Source of the DNA: a virus
Reading direction: 5' to 3' (one strand)
DNA length: 64,000 nt
IMG/VR virus record: IMGVR_UViG_3300028883_000003
Location: 32,001 to 96,000 of that record
A model generated the notes under the pieces. It worked only from the letters and a program-made list of their open reading frames with translations. It was not told where the DNA came from and did no database searches. A program made the translations under genes and the position numbers. Shown piece after piece: positions 56,701-64,000 of the stretch (within the stretch, counting starts at the first letter, position 1; the number at the start of each line of letters is the position of its first letter).

Positions 56701-58568
56701 CCCAGTCAGAATTAACGAATGAGGCTGTTAGAGAGGGAAGTGCCAGAACTCAAAACGAGGAGACCGTTAAAAGACTCCAAACAGAGATGATTGCTCTGGA
56801 GCATGTTCAGCAGCAGTCCATTGCGGACTATGAGGAAATGGTTAAAAAGCTGCTTAAGCTTAGAAATGCCTTCGAACAATATGTAAATGAGAGTAAGAAA
56901 TTAGCTACTGCATATTCGTCTTATGCCGATTTATTTGATCAGATTATTCGTAAACAAATTTCGTTAAATAATTTATCAGTTGGTGGTAACCTTAAGAAAA
57001 CATTAGTTGAAAACGAAAAACTTTATCGTAGAATTTTAGCTGTTCAATTACAGGCTATTGAAAATGAAGGAAAATTATTAAATAAATCACAAGAAGATGT
57101 TAAAGCTTTACAAGGTAAAGCTAGGGCTCAAGCCGAGAATGAAATTATTCTTCAAAGAGTTGCTGCTATAACTCAGGATTTTGAAGAGGGTTATGACAGA
57201 GTAAACAGTGCGGTTGATTCAGTAAGGTCTTCTTTTGCTGATTTGTTAGGGGACTCTGAACAATTTTTTGATATACTGACCAATAGTGCCAGTGGTTTTG
57301 AGATAATCAAAAAAGGCGTATCTGGCATATCCGATGCTATTGCTAAGGTAGACGCAGAGATTATTGCTAAAAAGATTGCTGAGGTTACTCGCAAGGCTTT
57401 CCCCAAACCAGAAGATGTTAGTGGCCAACTGGAAGAACTTTTACAAAAGCGTGGTCCTGAATTAGCAACTCTTATAGAGGACCATCTTAAAAGTGGTGGC
57501 TCTAAGGCCGCAAGCAATCTTCAAGAGGCTATGAGGTTAGGTTCTGATCATTTTGTTGACAAAGTAACACAAGGTTTTACTTCGGCAATGCAAAAGGTGA
57601 TTGCAACTATTAGAGATACTTTGAAAAAAGAGTTCGCCCCAACCGATCAAGAGCTTGAGGTTACTTTAAAAGGTGCTGATAAAATTCAAGAATTACCCAA
57701 TAACCTAGACCAAACATTTAAAGAGGGTGGCACTACTTTACAAGATGCAATTAAAGAAGGATGTAAACAAGGTGCTGAATATTTTGCATTCACCAATGGA
57801 GTAACTAATAAAACTATATCACAAAGCGATTTTGAAAAGCTTAGTAAATCCTTTACTGATTGGCGAATACAACCCGATTTGATATCCGTTGTTGAAAAGC
57901 CGAATGAGGCTGGTAGTGTAAAAGCTATTGGTCAGGATAAGTGGGAAGCTCGTCTTTATTCTATGATGGACAAAAAGCAGAATCAACTTATTTCCATTTC
58001 AGCAGCTGCACTATTACAGGCACAAGCTATAGTTAGAAAACAACAAGAACAAATTAAGTCCGACGGCGACTTATCTAAAAAAGATAATACTGTTAGAGAT
58101 GCTGCCTTTCGTAGACTGGGAACTATGTTTGCTCAAGCAGTAGGGATTAATATTGCTAAGTCTTTAGGTAAGCGACCTGAAGATGTGCAATTTGGGTCAA
58201 ATTTAGGTACTACTGCTGGTTCGACTTTTGGTCTTACTGGTGCTTTAGTTGGTGGAATTGCTGGTTCTATTTTAGGTGGCTTTTTTGGTAGAGATAAAGA
58301 GCGTGAGAACCAAGAAAAGCAAATACAGCAATTAGAAACTATATCAAGAAACACAGCACAATTAGTTGACCTTCTTTCCCCCGAAATTATTAATGCCCCA
58401 GCAAGATTTGTTTTGCCTTCTGGTACAGGCTCAGCTGGTGGGATTAACATAACTAATAATATTACAACGTCTGGTGGTTCGATTTCCAACAATGATATAG
58501 CTGGGTTGGAACGACAGCTTGAAGATGTGTATGTTAGAACAAACAGATCAAATAGTCCTTTGAGGTAA
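53769..58568 (+). CDS. tape measure protein (TP901-like core)
   Basis: 1599 aa helical Ala/Leu-rich; LAELRKV, RFGQAG, NSLKRVLARL; Gly-rich C-terminal helices. Confidence 0.9.
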   Translation: MADAPFIITTQIDTKGIKAGLAEIEALLVKFNPKGSFNSLINTKELDVAKSKVKQLTLELNKTKAALEKAATNTGRLATNTKKTSNALADVSRRVFVWGSMSALIFGALQNLKEFYDLTIQVNTSLAELRKVLPSDTDFGALKGEAFKLSIDFGTDPLDVLQVLKRFGQAGLSAQEAVEATRTALLALNTTGADTEQVFNAIIGANRIFGIAFEDSGRVIDKIMRLQADLAVDSKDLIASIQAIGPAITSLGGDIDDLLSNIAALAEAARVSGKEAANSLKRVLARLVSKEGITALEKLGVTVFDTAKNFRPLRDILEDVSTKYKEASQVEQQQLAVVLAQVRQYPKLIALLNNMDRQQEALAKSQNAYGDATIANQVQLDSYAKQLSIAQNQVKEFGETAILKGEIVENWVAFHQVIGDLATALTSVAGPLTKFLSLAGTAAGVIFLSKWVLQLKYSLALTAAEMKATAVAANLATRNVQIFGLAVQFTANTLRLLTGIGIAVSALFLAIEVGRRKANKEEIRYNKLIEQSTESIKKFKDSLRGIAVNNIITTDVEEKFNSLTKSLAAYTRALSIGQASTEEFVKSLGKTFGVDVSLLSEQQLKDLLETLKDVERELDPNILLPFYDVVNRGTEVMISNINTGTDEYKKFRAALAEYFEPKGIKNYADQLAELEKLEAKRRQQQLDTGRTSVYLPSDLSGTGRNLAAFIDGVKGSQESVTALWFIVSGLRRTLGLSAKSFEEVAASSGKLQDVIGRLDELNTKLTVYNDQIKRTGVVSADYKKTQQDYDDVLKGGVDIFGDLVGIQDIYKKALDGLVKSQSGAIVQIDAYSGRAKQFAVIISKLAGGFKEYAESELKSSGNAAAFAINIKEGQKAVLAMLKAIEAGKGGIFSIDFNQHAYLKAVKASTAVVLSNFEAQFKAIDVVRRVLKDTGSAFDINQQGLNTVDTALNQLNRQLGSNEEELANIKVQIQALITAQSELTNEAVREGSARTQNEETVKRLQTEMIALEHVQQQSIADYEEMVKKLLKLRNAFEQYVNESKKLATAYSSYADLFDQIIRKQISLNNLSVGGNLKKTLVENEKLYRRILAVQLQAIENEGKLLNKSQEDVKALQGKARAQAENEIILQRVAAITQDFEEGYDRVNSAVDSVRSSFADLLGDSEQFFDILTNSASGFEIIKKGVSGISDAIAKVDAEIIAKKIAEVTRKAFPKPEDVSGQLEELLQKRGPELATLIEDHLKSGGSKAASNLQEAMRLGSDHFVDKVTQGFTSAMQKVIATIRDTLKKEFAPTDQELEVTLKGADKIQELPNNLDQTFKEGGTTLQDAIKEGCKQGAEYFAFTNGVTNKTISQSDFEKLSKSFTDWRIQPDLISVVEKPNEAGSVKAIGQDKWEARLYSMMDKKQNQLISISAAALLQAQAIVRKQQEQIKSDGDLSKKDNTVRDAAFRRLGTMFAQAVGINIAKSLGKRPEDVQFGSNLGTTAGSTFGLTGALVGGIAGSILGGFFGRDKERENQEKQIQQLETISRNTAQLVDLLSPEIINAPARFVLPSGTGSAGGINITNNITTSGGSISNNDIAGLERQLEDVYVRTNRSNSPLR

Positions 58569-58571
58569 CTT

Positions 58572-58973
58572 ATGGCTCTACAACGAATTAGATTTAGTAG
58601 TAATTCAGATGGCTCATCCCCATACACCTTAGTTCTAAACCCAAGTAAATTAAGTATACCAACCAATTCTGAATCTTCATCTATGCGGTCTTTAGATGGT
58701 GGGCAAGTTATTCAACAATCTTATTTTGATGCCAGAGAAGTTATTTTAGGTTGGGCGAGAATACCTTTAGACTATACTGGTTATCAGACAATGGCCTCAA
58801 CACTAAAGGGATATATTGGCAGCACAAAGTATGTTAATTATGGCACTGTCGAATATAGAATTGGTACTATTGCTACATGGCAAAAAGTAACTGTTGCCGA
58901 TGTTCAAATGGACATTGAATCGGGTGGGAAACTAAAGGGCAATTTAACTGTAACATTGATACCGGAACCATAA
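58572..58973 (+). CDS. distal tail protein candidate
   Basis: Small beta protein directly after the TMP; LVLNPS...RSLDGG. Confidence 0.55.
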   Translation: MALQRIRFSSNSDGSSPYTLVLNPSKLSIPTNSESSSMRSLDGGQVIQQSYFDAREVILGWARIPLDYTGYQTMASTLKGYIGSTKYVNYGTVEYRIGTIATWQKVTVADVQMDIESGGKLKGNLTVTLIPEP

Positions 58974-58974
58974 T

Positions 58975-61900
58975 ATGTCTATAGCTACTCTTTGGGATCA
59001 ACAAACAACTAAACCTTATAAAGCTATTTATTTCTTTGACACACCATATACTGTAAAGTCTCATGGTCCAGTTGCTGAGTGGTATACGTTTGCAACCACT
59101 TCGGCAAATCCTGTTTTTGATTCTTCTGATATACGATGGGTATCCAATGTCCCGTTTATTAAATGGTATTCCGGTGCTTCTTATCCATTAGAGTTGAGCC
59201 CTAATTTTAACAACAGTAACCAATTTGGTGTTGTTTATACTGGAAAGTTTCAAGCTCAATCTGCATCAGCCACTTTCTTTTTAGCTGGTTATGGAAAAAG
59301 TAAAATAGAACTTCAGGGCCAATCTGCGTCAGCTACGATATTATTAGGAGATACTGAAAGTGAAATAGCAAGTTACCATGTATCTGGTTTGACACCAGAT
59401 GATTATTATACATTGACCATTCATTACTGGTCATTAGGAAAAGACACTACTGCTAAAAATTCTTTTGTGGTTACATGGATAGATTCCACATTACCAAAGG
59501 CCATGCCATTATCTGCTGGTTATTATTTCTCACCAAATGACGTAGCTTTAGGGGTGAGTTCATATAAGCTTGAGGATATTGGTGATGCCGAGGTTCTTAT
59601 TGACAAAAATCAAACCAATAAATTATCATTCACTATACCACTGGGGACACTATCTGAACGTGGTTATAGGTATGTTTCTTCTGGTGATTACTTTCAACAT
59701 AACGTTTCCTCAAATGTTCAAATCAAACGACATCGTATGGTGGAATTACATACCGGGTATGTAAATTCTATTGGTGCCATTGCTACAACAAAACGATTTG
59801 TTGGTCAGATTAGAGACTGGACTATAAATAGAAGTACTAACGAGCAAAAAGTAATTATTGAGTGTTATGATTGGACAATATTTTTGTCTGACGCAATTAA
59901 TTTAGGATACCCCAATGTAAGTGATTATTTGGCTTTTGGTTATACTTCCACAGACACCAATGGAGTAAGTTTGCAAAGACCAAGGGCTTACGATGGCTGG
60001 CTAATGGAAGATGTAGTTGATAGTTTATTAGTTAATGCCTATATAGATCCAAAAACTTTATTACAGAAGAAAACACATACTACAGTAGACGGGGTTTCTG
60101 TTACTGGTGGTTATCTGTTTTTTGATAGAAATCAAGCTACTAAGATTTATTTGGATCGAAATATTAACTATGGCAACCCATTAACAATTTATAATGAGGA
60201 TGCTGACGACAGATATGTTTGGCAGTTTAGTATTGGGGAGTCGTTAAATGACAACCTGTCTAAAGTAATGAATAATTACGGGTTTAATTATGGTTTTAAT
60301 GACAACGGTAATTTTTATGTAGATTCTGTAGAGAACCCATTTCAAATTAAATCAATTGACGAGATGACTTTTTATGGGTCATGGACAGAAACTACCAATA
60401 CTAGGGGTTTGTTTGCTGTCTATAAACAAACCAGTGTGGCTAATGCCAGTGTATTGGCAACTTTTATTGGCACTTCGGCTGAATTGGTTGTTGGTGTTGG
60501 TAGTACATTTGGTACGTTACATGTTGCTGTTTCTAACCCTACTCTTGGTGTAGTTGCGACTGGTACGTTTTGGTTAAAGGCAAATTCCGATCATTTTTAT
60601 TATGATGGTGTGGACGATTCTTTAGGTTACAATCCTTCAAAAATTCAAATTGGTTCTAATTGGAGTTATGGTTCGTATGAGGTAAAGGTTGTACAAAAAA
60701 ATGGGAATATAAATGTAAATGGATTGGTTGTTTATGATTCCGATTTCTTAACCCCTGCTCATTCTTTTTATACTGGTGCTACTTTGTCTAAAAGAGGGGT
60801 GATAGTTAACAATTATGATGTTAGTTTTTTGAAGGACAGCGTACGTAATGATGTGTTGGTTGTGGGTAGACTCTTAGGGATACAGTCCAGTTTATCTGTT
60901 GCCGAGGATAATCGTGATCAGTTACCAATCAACCCTAACAATCCAGTAGCTGAGCATATTGTTTCTAGAGCAATAGATCGTTCTTCTATTGGTTCTATTT
61001 CTGCCTCAAACTATGTTGGTAGACCACTTCAAATGATTATTGTGGAGCCTAGTATAGCTGAAGCAGATAGGGCTAATTGGTTGGCTTCGGAAACTGTTAA
61101 AAGGTACAATAATAACTTACGCAATGCTACACCTAGGATTACAGTACCGGGTAATCCTCTTGTTAAATTAAACGATTTAATTAGGGCCTATGATATTAAA
61201 TTAGCTGTGTTGAGTACAACTTATTGGGTTTCAGGCATTAGGGAATCGTTTTTTGGAAATGGAAAATATTCTACTCAACTAACATTAGAGGGACAAAAAC
61301 CGTGGCAAAGCTATTACAGATACCCTTTCCCTAGTTTGGGTAGATTTAATAGCCAAGTGTTTCAAAATGTAAAAACGTACAACACTGGACTGCCATATAA
61401 ATCAAATACTGATCCTGTAACTTTCTATACAATAGATGGTGCTACCCCAACTTGGTATTTTCATTATCATAACAAAGATAATAACCCTAGTTTATCAGCC
61501 CAAGATGTAAAGGACTTATTCCCCAATGATGGTTATATCCAGCTTATCAGACCACCTATTACTAATAATATTGGTATCCCAATTACTGCAACCATTCAAG
61601 AAATTGTTAAGTATGATGGCAAACCAACAGTAGAGAAAAGTACTTTGGTTAACAATGGTTGGAGATATACTTTGGGATTTAAAGTAGCACGTAGAGGTAT
61701 TTATTCAACTGCTACTCAAGCAAATACTACGCATTGGGAAGGGCAGCCAGCTAATTTATCTATAAGTCCCTTTATTTCTGAAGAGACTGGTCAAGTTCCG
61801 GGAGTTCAGTTTGATTTAATCATGCCCGGTTTTATTAGGGTTAGTGTGAATGACAAAGCTAACAATTTATTAGACGTACTTACAGCTAATGTTGTTCCTG

Positions 61901-63045
61901 AAGATAATTCTGGTTGGGTATTTGTTAAGCCGGGAAGATATTATTATTCTTGGGGTATGTTTGATCGGGTTGGAGATCACAATGTTGCAAACACTAAAAA
62001 ATACAGGAATAAAGGAATTGAATATAAAATTGGTGCTGGCTATTATGTCGAAAATGATTTGAAATCTTCAAACGTCAGAACTGATAGCCAATTTAATTTT
62101 TTGTTACAATTTAGGGACAACAGGAGAGAACTAATCTTAGACCAGCAAAGTAGTACTGCTGGTCCGATTGCAATATCAAAGTACTATGAAAATGATTCAA
62201 GTCTGAGCCCGGATATTGACGGGTCAGTTATTATAAGGGGCAGTTTTCAACATCCTTCTACTTATATTCATGACTTATCCAACGCCTATGGTTCTTCGGG
62301 GGTTTTAACATCTAAGGCATGTCCCTATTACACTGGTAGTGAAAACAATGGATCGGGAGCTAGGTTTTATTTATGGAATGTAAGTCCCTCCCCTTCTTCT
62401 GAGCACAAAAGAATTGTTGATGTGCAAATTAATAGATACATTTATTTATTTGGGTCGGCAATTGTACACGGCGATTACACTCCAGATGAAATGGGTACAA
62501 CAGGTTTAGTTTATTCCGGAAAAGAAGAAATTTTTAATGACACCTTAGTTTTTTCTGGAGATGTAAAAACAGTTTTTATTCAGCCCCCAAGAAGTTTGCC
62601 TTTTGTTACTGAAAAGGCATGGCAATTTTTAAGTTTTTATCCTAAGCAGGCAGCAGCAATATCACACATTCATATATTTGATGTATTAACAACTGATATG
62701 TCTGGAAGAAAGTCAAATTGCCAATTTGCAACTTGTTGGATACCAGTGCCATTTGCAAGTGGGGGAATAAGCCAGTTTGGTGGTCCTGACCCTGCTGTAA
62801 GTTACTATTATGACGTAATAAGATTTTCAGATTTTGATTTAGGTGCTAAAAACATAGATTTAAGTGGGTATGAGAATCCCTATCCGTCTAGAGATATTAC
62901 GGGGCCTTTTGTTCAAGGACCAATAAAAGTACAAACCGAGTATACAATAAATAATAATGGGGGGATTATTAGTACTGTTACAGCCCCCGGACTATACGCC
63001 GTTATACAAAATATGGCTGCATGTGTTATGTATGGTAAAAAGTAA
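58975..63045 (+). CDS. large tail tip/baseplate hub protein with PA14-like N-terminal domain
   Basis: YTGKF...TFF...YYTLTIHYW PA14-like stretch; hub-like IECYDW..L, VRNDVLVVG, VPGNPLVKLND patterns. Confidence 0.65.
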   Translation: MSIATLWDQQTTKPYKAIYFFDTPYTVKSHGPVAEWYTFATTSANPVFDSSDIRWVSNVPFIKWYSGASYPLELSPNFNNSNQFGVVYTGKFQAQSASATFFLAGYGKSKIELQGQSASATILLGDTESEIASYHVSGLTPDDYYTLTIHYWSLGKDTTAKNSFVVTWIDSTLPKAMPLSAGYYFSPNDVALGVSSYKLEDIGDAEVLIDKNQTNKLSFTIPLGTLSERGYRYVSSGDYFQHNVSSNVQIKRHRMVELHTGYVNSIGAIATTKRFVGQIRDWTINRSTNEQKVIIECYDWTIFLSDAINLGYPNVSDYLAFGYTSTDTNGVSLQRPRAYDGWLMEDVVDSLLVNAYIDPKTLLQKKTHTTVDGVSVTGGYLFFDRNQATKIYLDRNINYGNPLTIYNEDADDRYVWQFSIGESLNDNLSKVMNNYGFNYGFNDNGNFYVDSVENPFQIKSIDEMTFYGSWTETTNTRGLFAVYKQTSVANASVLATFIGTSAELVVGVGSTFGTLHVAVSNPTLGVVATGTFWLKANSDHFYYDGVDDSLGYNPSKIQIGSNWSYGSYEVKVVQKNGNINVNGLVVYDSDFLTPAHSFYTGATLSKRGVIVNNYDVSFLKDSVRNDVLVVGRLLGIQSSLSVAEDNRDQLPINPNNPVAEHIVSRAIDRSSIGSISASNYVGRPLQMIIVEPSIAEADRANWLASETVKRYNNNLRNATPRITVPGNPLVKLNDLIRAYDIKLAVLSTTYWVSGIRESFFGNGKYSTQLTLEGQKPWQSYYRYPFPSLGRFNSQVFQNVKTYNTGLPYKSNTDPVTFYTIDGATPTWYFHYHNKDNNPSLSAQDVKDLFPNDGYIQLIRPPITNNIGIPITATIQEIVKYDGKPTVEKSTLVNNGWRYTLGFKVARRGIYSTATQANTTHWEGQPANLSISPFISEETGQVPGVQFDLIMPGFIRVSVNDKANNLLDVLTANVVPEDNSGWVFVKPGRYYYSWGMFDRVGDHNVANTKKYRNKGIEYKIGAGYYVENDLKSSNVRTDSQFNFLLQFRDNRRELILDQQSSTAGPIAISKYYENDSSLSPDIDGSVIIRGSFQHPSTYIHDLSNAYGSSGVLTSKACPYYTGSENNGSGARFYLWNVSPSPSSEHKRIVDVQINRYIYLFGSAIVHGDYTPDEMGTTGLVYSGKEEIFNDTLVFSGDVKTVFIQPPRSLPFVTEKAWQFLSFYPKQAAAISHIHIFDVLTTDMSGRKSNCQFATCWIPVPFASGGISQFGGPDPAVSYYYDVIRFSDFDLGAKNIDLSGYENPYPSRDITGPFVQGPIKVQTEYTINNNGGIISTVTAPGLYAVIQNMAACVMYGKK

Positions 63046-64000
63046 TGAGTAAAAATATAATCCAAACAATTAAAGACCAGATAACTGGACAAACTAGAGA
63101 ACACGCTAATATAAATTTAGATAATGTGCCTATTGTTCCAATTGATAGCAGAACAAATGTGGATACCCCGGAAGTTTCTGTAGTTGGTGTTACACCTAAT
63201 TGGACACATATTGTGCAGCAGGTTTCTGGTTCCTATGTTGTTTCTCCTGATGAGCTTTTGAAATCTAGTTTTCGTAGATATGTGGAAGAGTTATCAGGTT
63301 CGTCTATTGTGGTAAAGCCACCTGAGATGACCGATGGCACCAGACATTTTTTTGGTACTGATATTTATACTGCTAACAAAGATGTTCAGGTGTCATTAAC
63401 GGTTGCTTCTTCTGGTGGGTATTTAGGTGTTTATTCCAAACAATCCGATGGGAGTGATTGGTCTGTTATTTATGAGCAGCCTATTGTTCAAACTGTTACC
63501 ACAACTAACCAAACTATTAGGTTAGCTATACCCCAATATTCGTGGCAAAGTATAGCAATAACTTTTGTTCCTTATGATTCAGACCCTGCTGTAGGGTTTA
63601 CTGGTGTGTGGACTGGTGTTGGTATGCAAAGGCCAACCAGTATTCGTTCTTATACTAATTCTTTAACTGCTCCTACGTGGGCAGCTAATCCTATGCAGCA
63701 GGAGCTTGACCCACAGACTGGTAAGTACTCGGTATTATTATCATGGAACAAAAGCACAAATGAAGACATAGCTGGTTATGGCGTTTACAGAGAGGCTGTT
63801 GTATCTTCTGGTGTTACAGTTGCTGCTTTTATTCCCGGAACTTTATTTTCAGCTACGGGTAAACCAAGAAGTTTTAGAAGTAATTGGTTTGCTTATTTTG
63901 GTGGTTTGGGAACTATCAGCCCATTTGATACCATTTATTTTGGTGACCCAACCGCTACATTAGGTATTTCGGATGTTGTGCTGCGTAAACCAAATAAAAT
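63045..64000 (+). CDS. tail tip/host-specificity protein, truncated by the window end
   Basis: ATG at 63045 overlaps the upstream TAA; frame open to the end of the window; FN3-like VLLSWNKSTNEDIAGYGVYR. Confidence 0.7.
   Translation, partial: MSKNIIQTIKDQITGQTREHANINLDNVPIVPIDSRTNVDTPEVSVVGVTPNWTHIVQQVSGSYVVSPDELLKSSFRRYVEELSGSSIVVKPPEMTDGTRHFFGTDIYTANKDVQVSLTVASSGGYLGVYSKQSDGSDWSVIYEQPIVQTVTTTNQTIRLAIPQYSWQSIAITFVPYDSDPAVGFTGVWTGVGMQRPTSIRSYTNSLTAPTWAANPMQQELDPQTGKYSVLLSWNKSTNEDIAGYGVYREAVVSSGVTVAAFIPGTLFSATGKPRSFRSNWFAYFGGLGTISPFDTIYFGDPTATLGISDVVLRKPNK

Noticed and set aside
45198-58666. Antisense ORFs in the track (e.g. 45198-45719, 46317-46766, 58133-58666)
   Set aside because: They are shadows of well-supported + strand structural genes, with no RBS or motifs.
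1-64000. Stop-codon recoding (alternative genetic code)
   Set aside because: Long genes are intact under code 11, TAG and TGA serve as real stops with coupled downstream starts, and no suppressor tRNA was found.
1-64000. CRISPR array, integrase, transposase, reverse transcriptase/DGR, intron or intein
   Set aside because: No regularly spaced repeats or recognisable catalytic motifs were seen; PolA and TerL are uninterrupted.

Overview
This window is a 64 kb segment of a large, AT-rich dsDNA tailed phage, siphovirus-like (tail tube and 1599-aa tape measure, no sheath). It has four blocks. (1) 1-5.3 kb, + strand: seven tRNAs (all U34 anticodons, including a rare tRNA-Ile UAU), Hsp20, an exported FN3 protein and a candidate structured ncRNA. 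(2) 5.3-26.6 kb, - strand: RuvC, HU, an outer-membrane beta-barrel, a sigma factor, PolA, SSB, dNMP kinase and MazG, around an ~11.7 kb sugar-nucleotide/glycosyltransferase cluster (GmhA, HldE-like, SDR epimerase, UGM-like mutase, GT4, GT9-CgeB fusion, two methyltransferases). (3) A very AT-rich divergent intergenic region at 26.6-27.0 kb, a candidate origin. (4) 27-64 kb, + strand: terminase, portal, head and tail genes. The most unusual feature is a ~9.3 kb cassette inside the head module (32555-41858) of six consecutive proteins with Sec-type signal peptides: a tail-fibre-like protein, DNRLRE-like domains, a metzincin protease and a beta-helix. These are densely packed with the Bacteroidota/FCB O-glycosylation sequon D-(S/T)-(A/I/L/V/M/T) and are followed by an endolysin and a GT2-TPR glycosyltransferase. 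This suggests a phage system for exporting and glycosylating surface or virion appendage proteins (inference). Also seen: apparent CCWGG avoidance, a -1 frameshift in the tail chaperone, a nested scaffold start, and a portal fused to a gpF-like domain. No integrase, CRISPR array, reverse transcriptase or recoding was seen. All family calls are by motif recognition only; no database searches were run.
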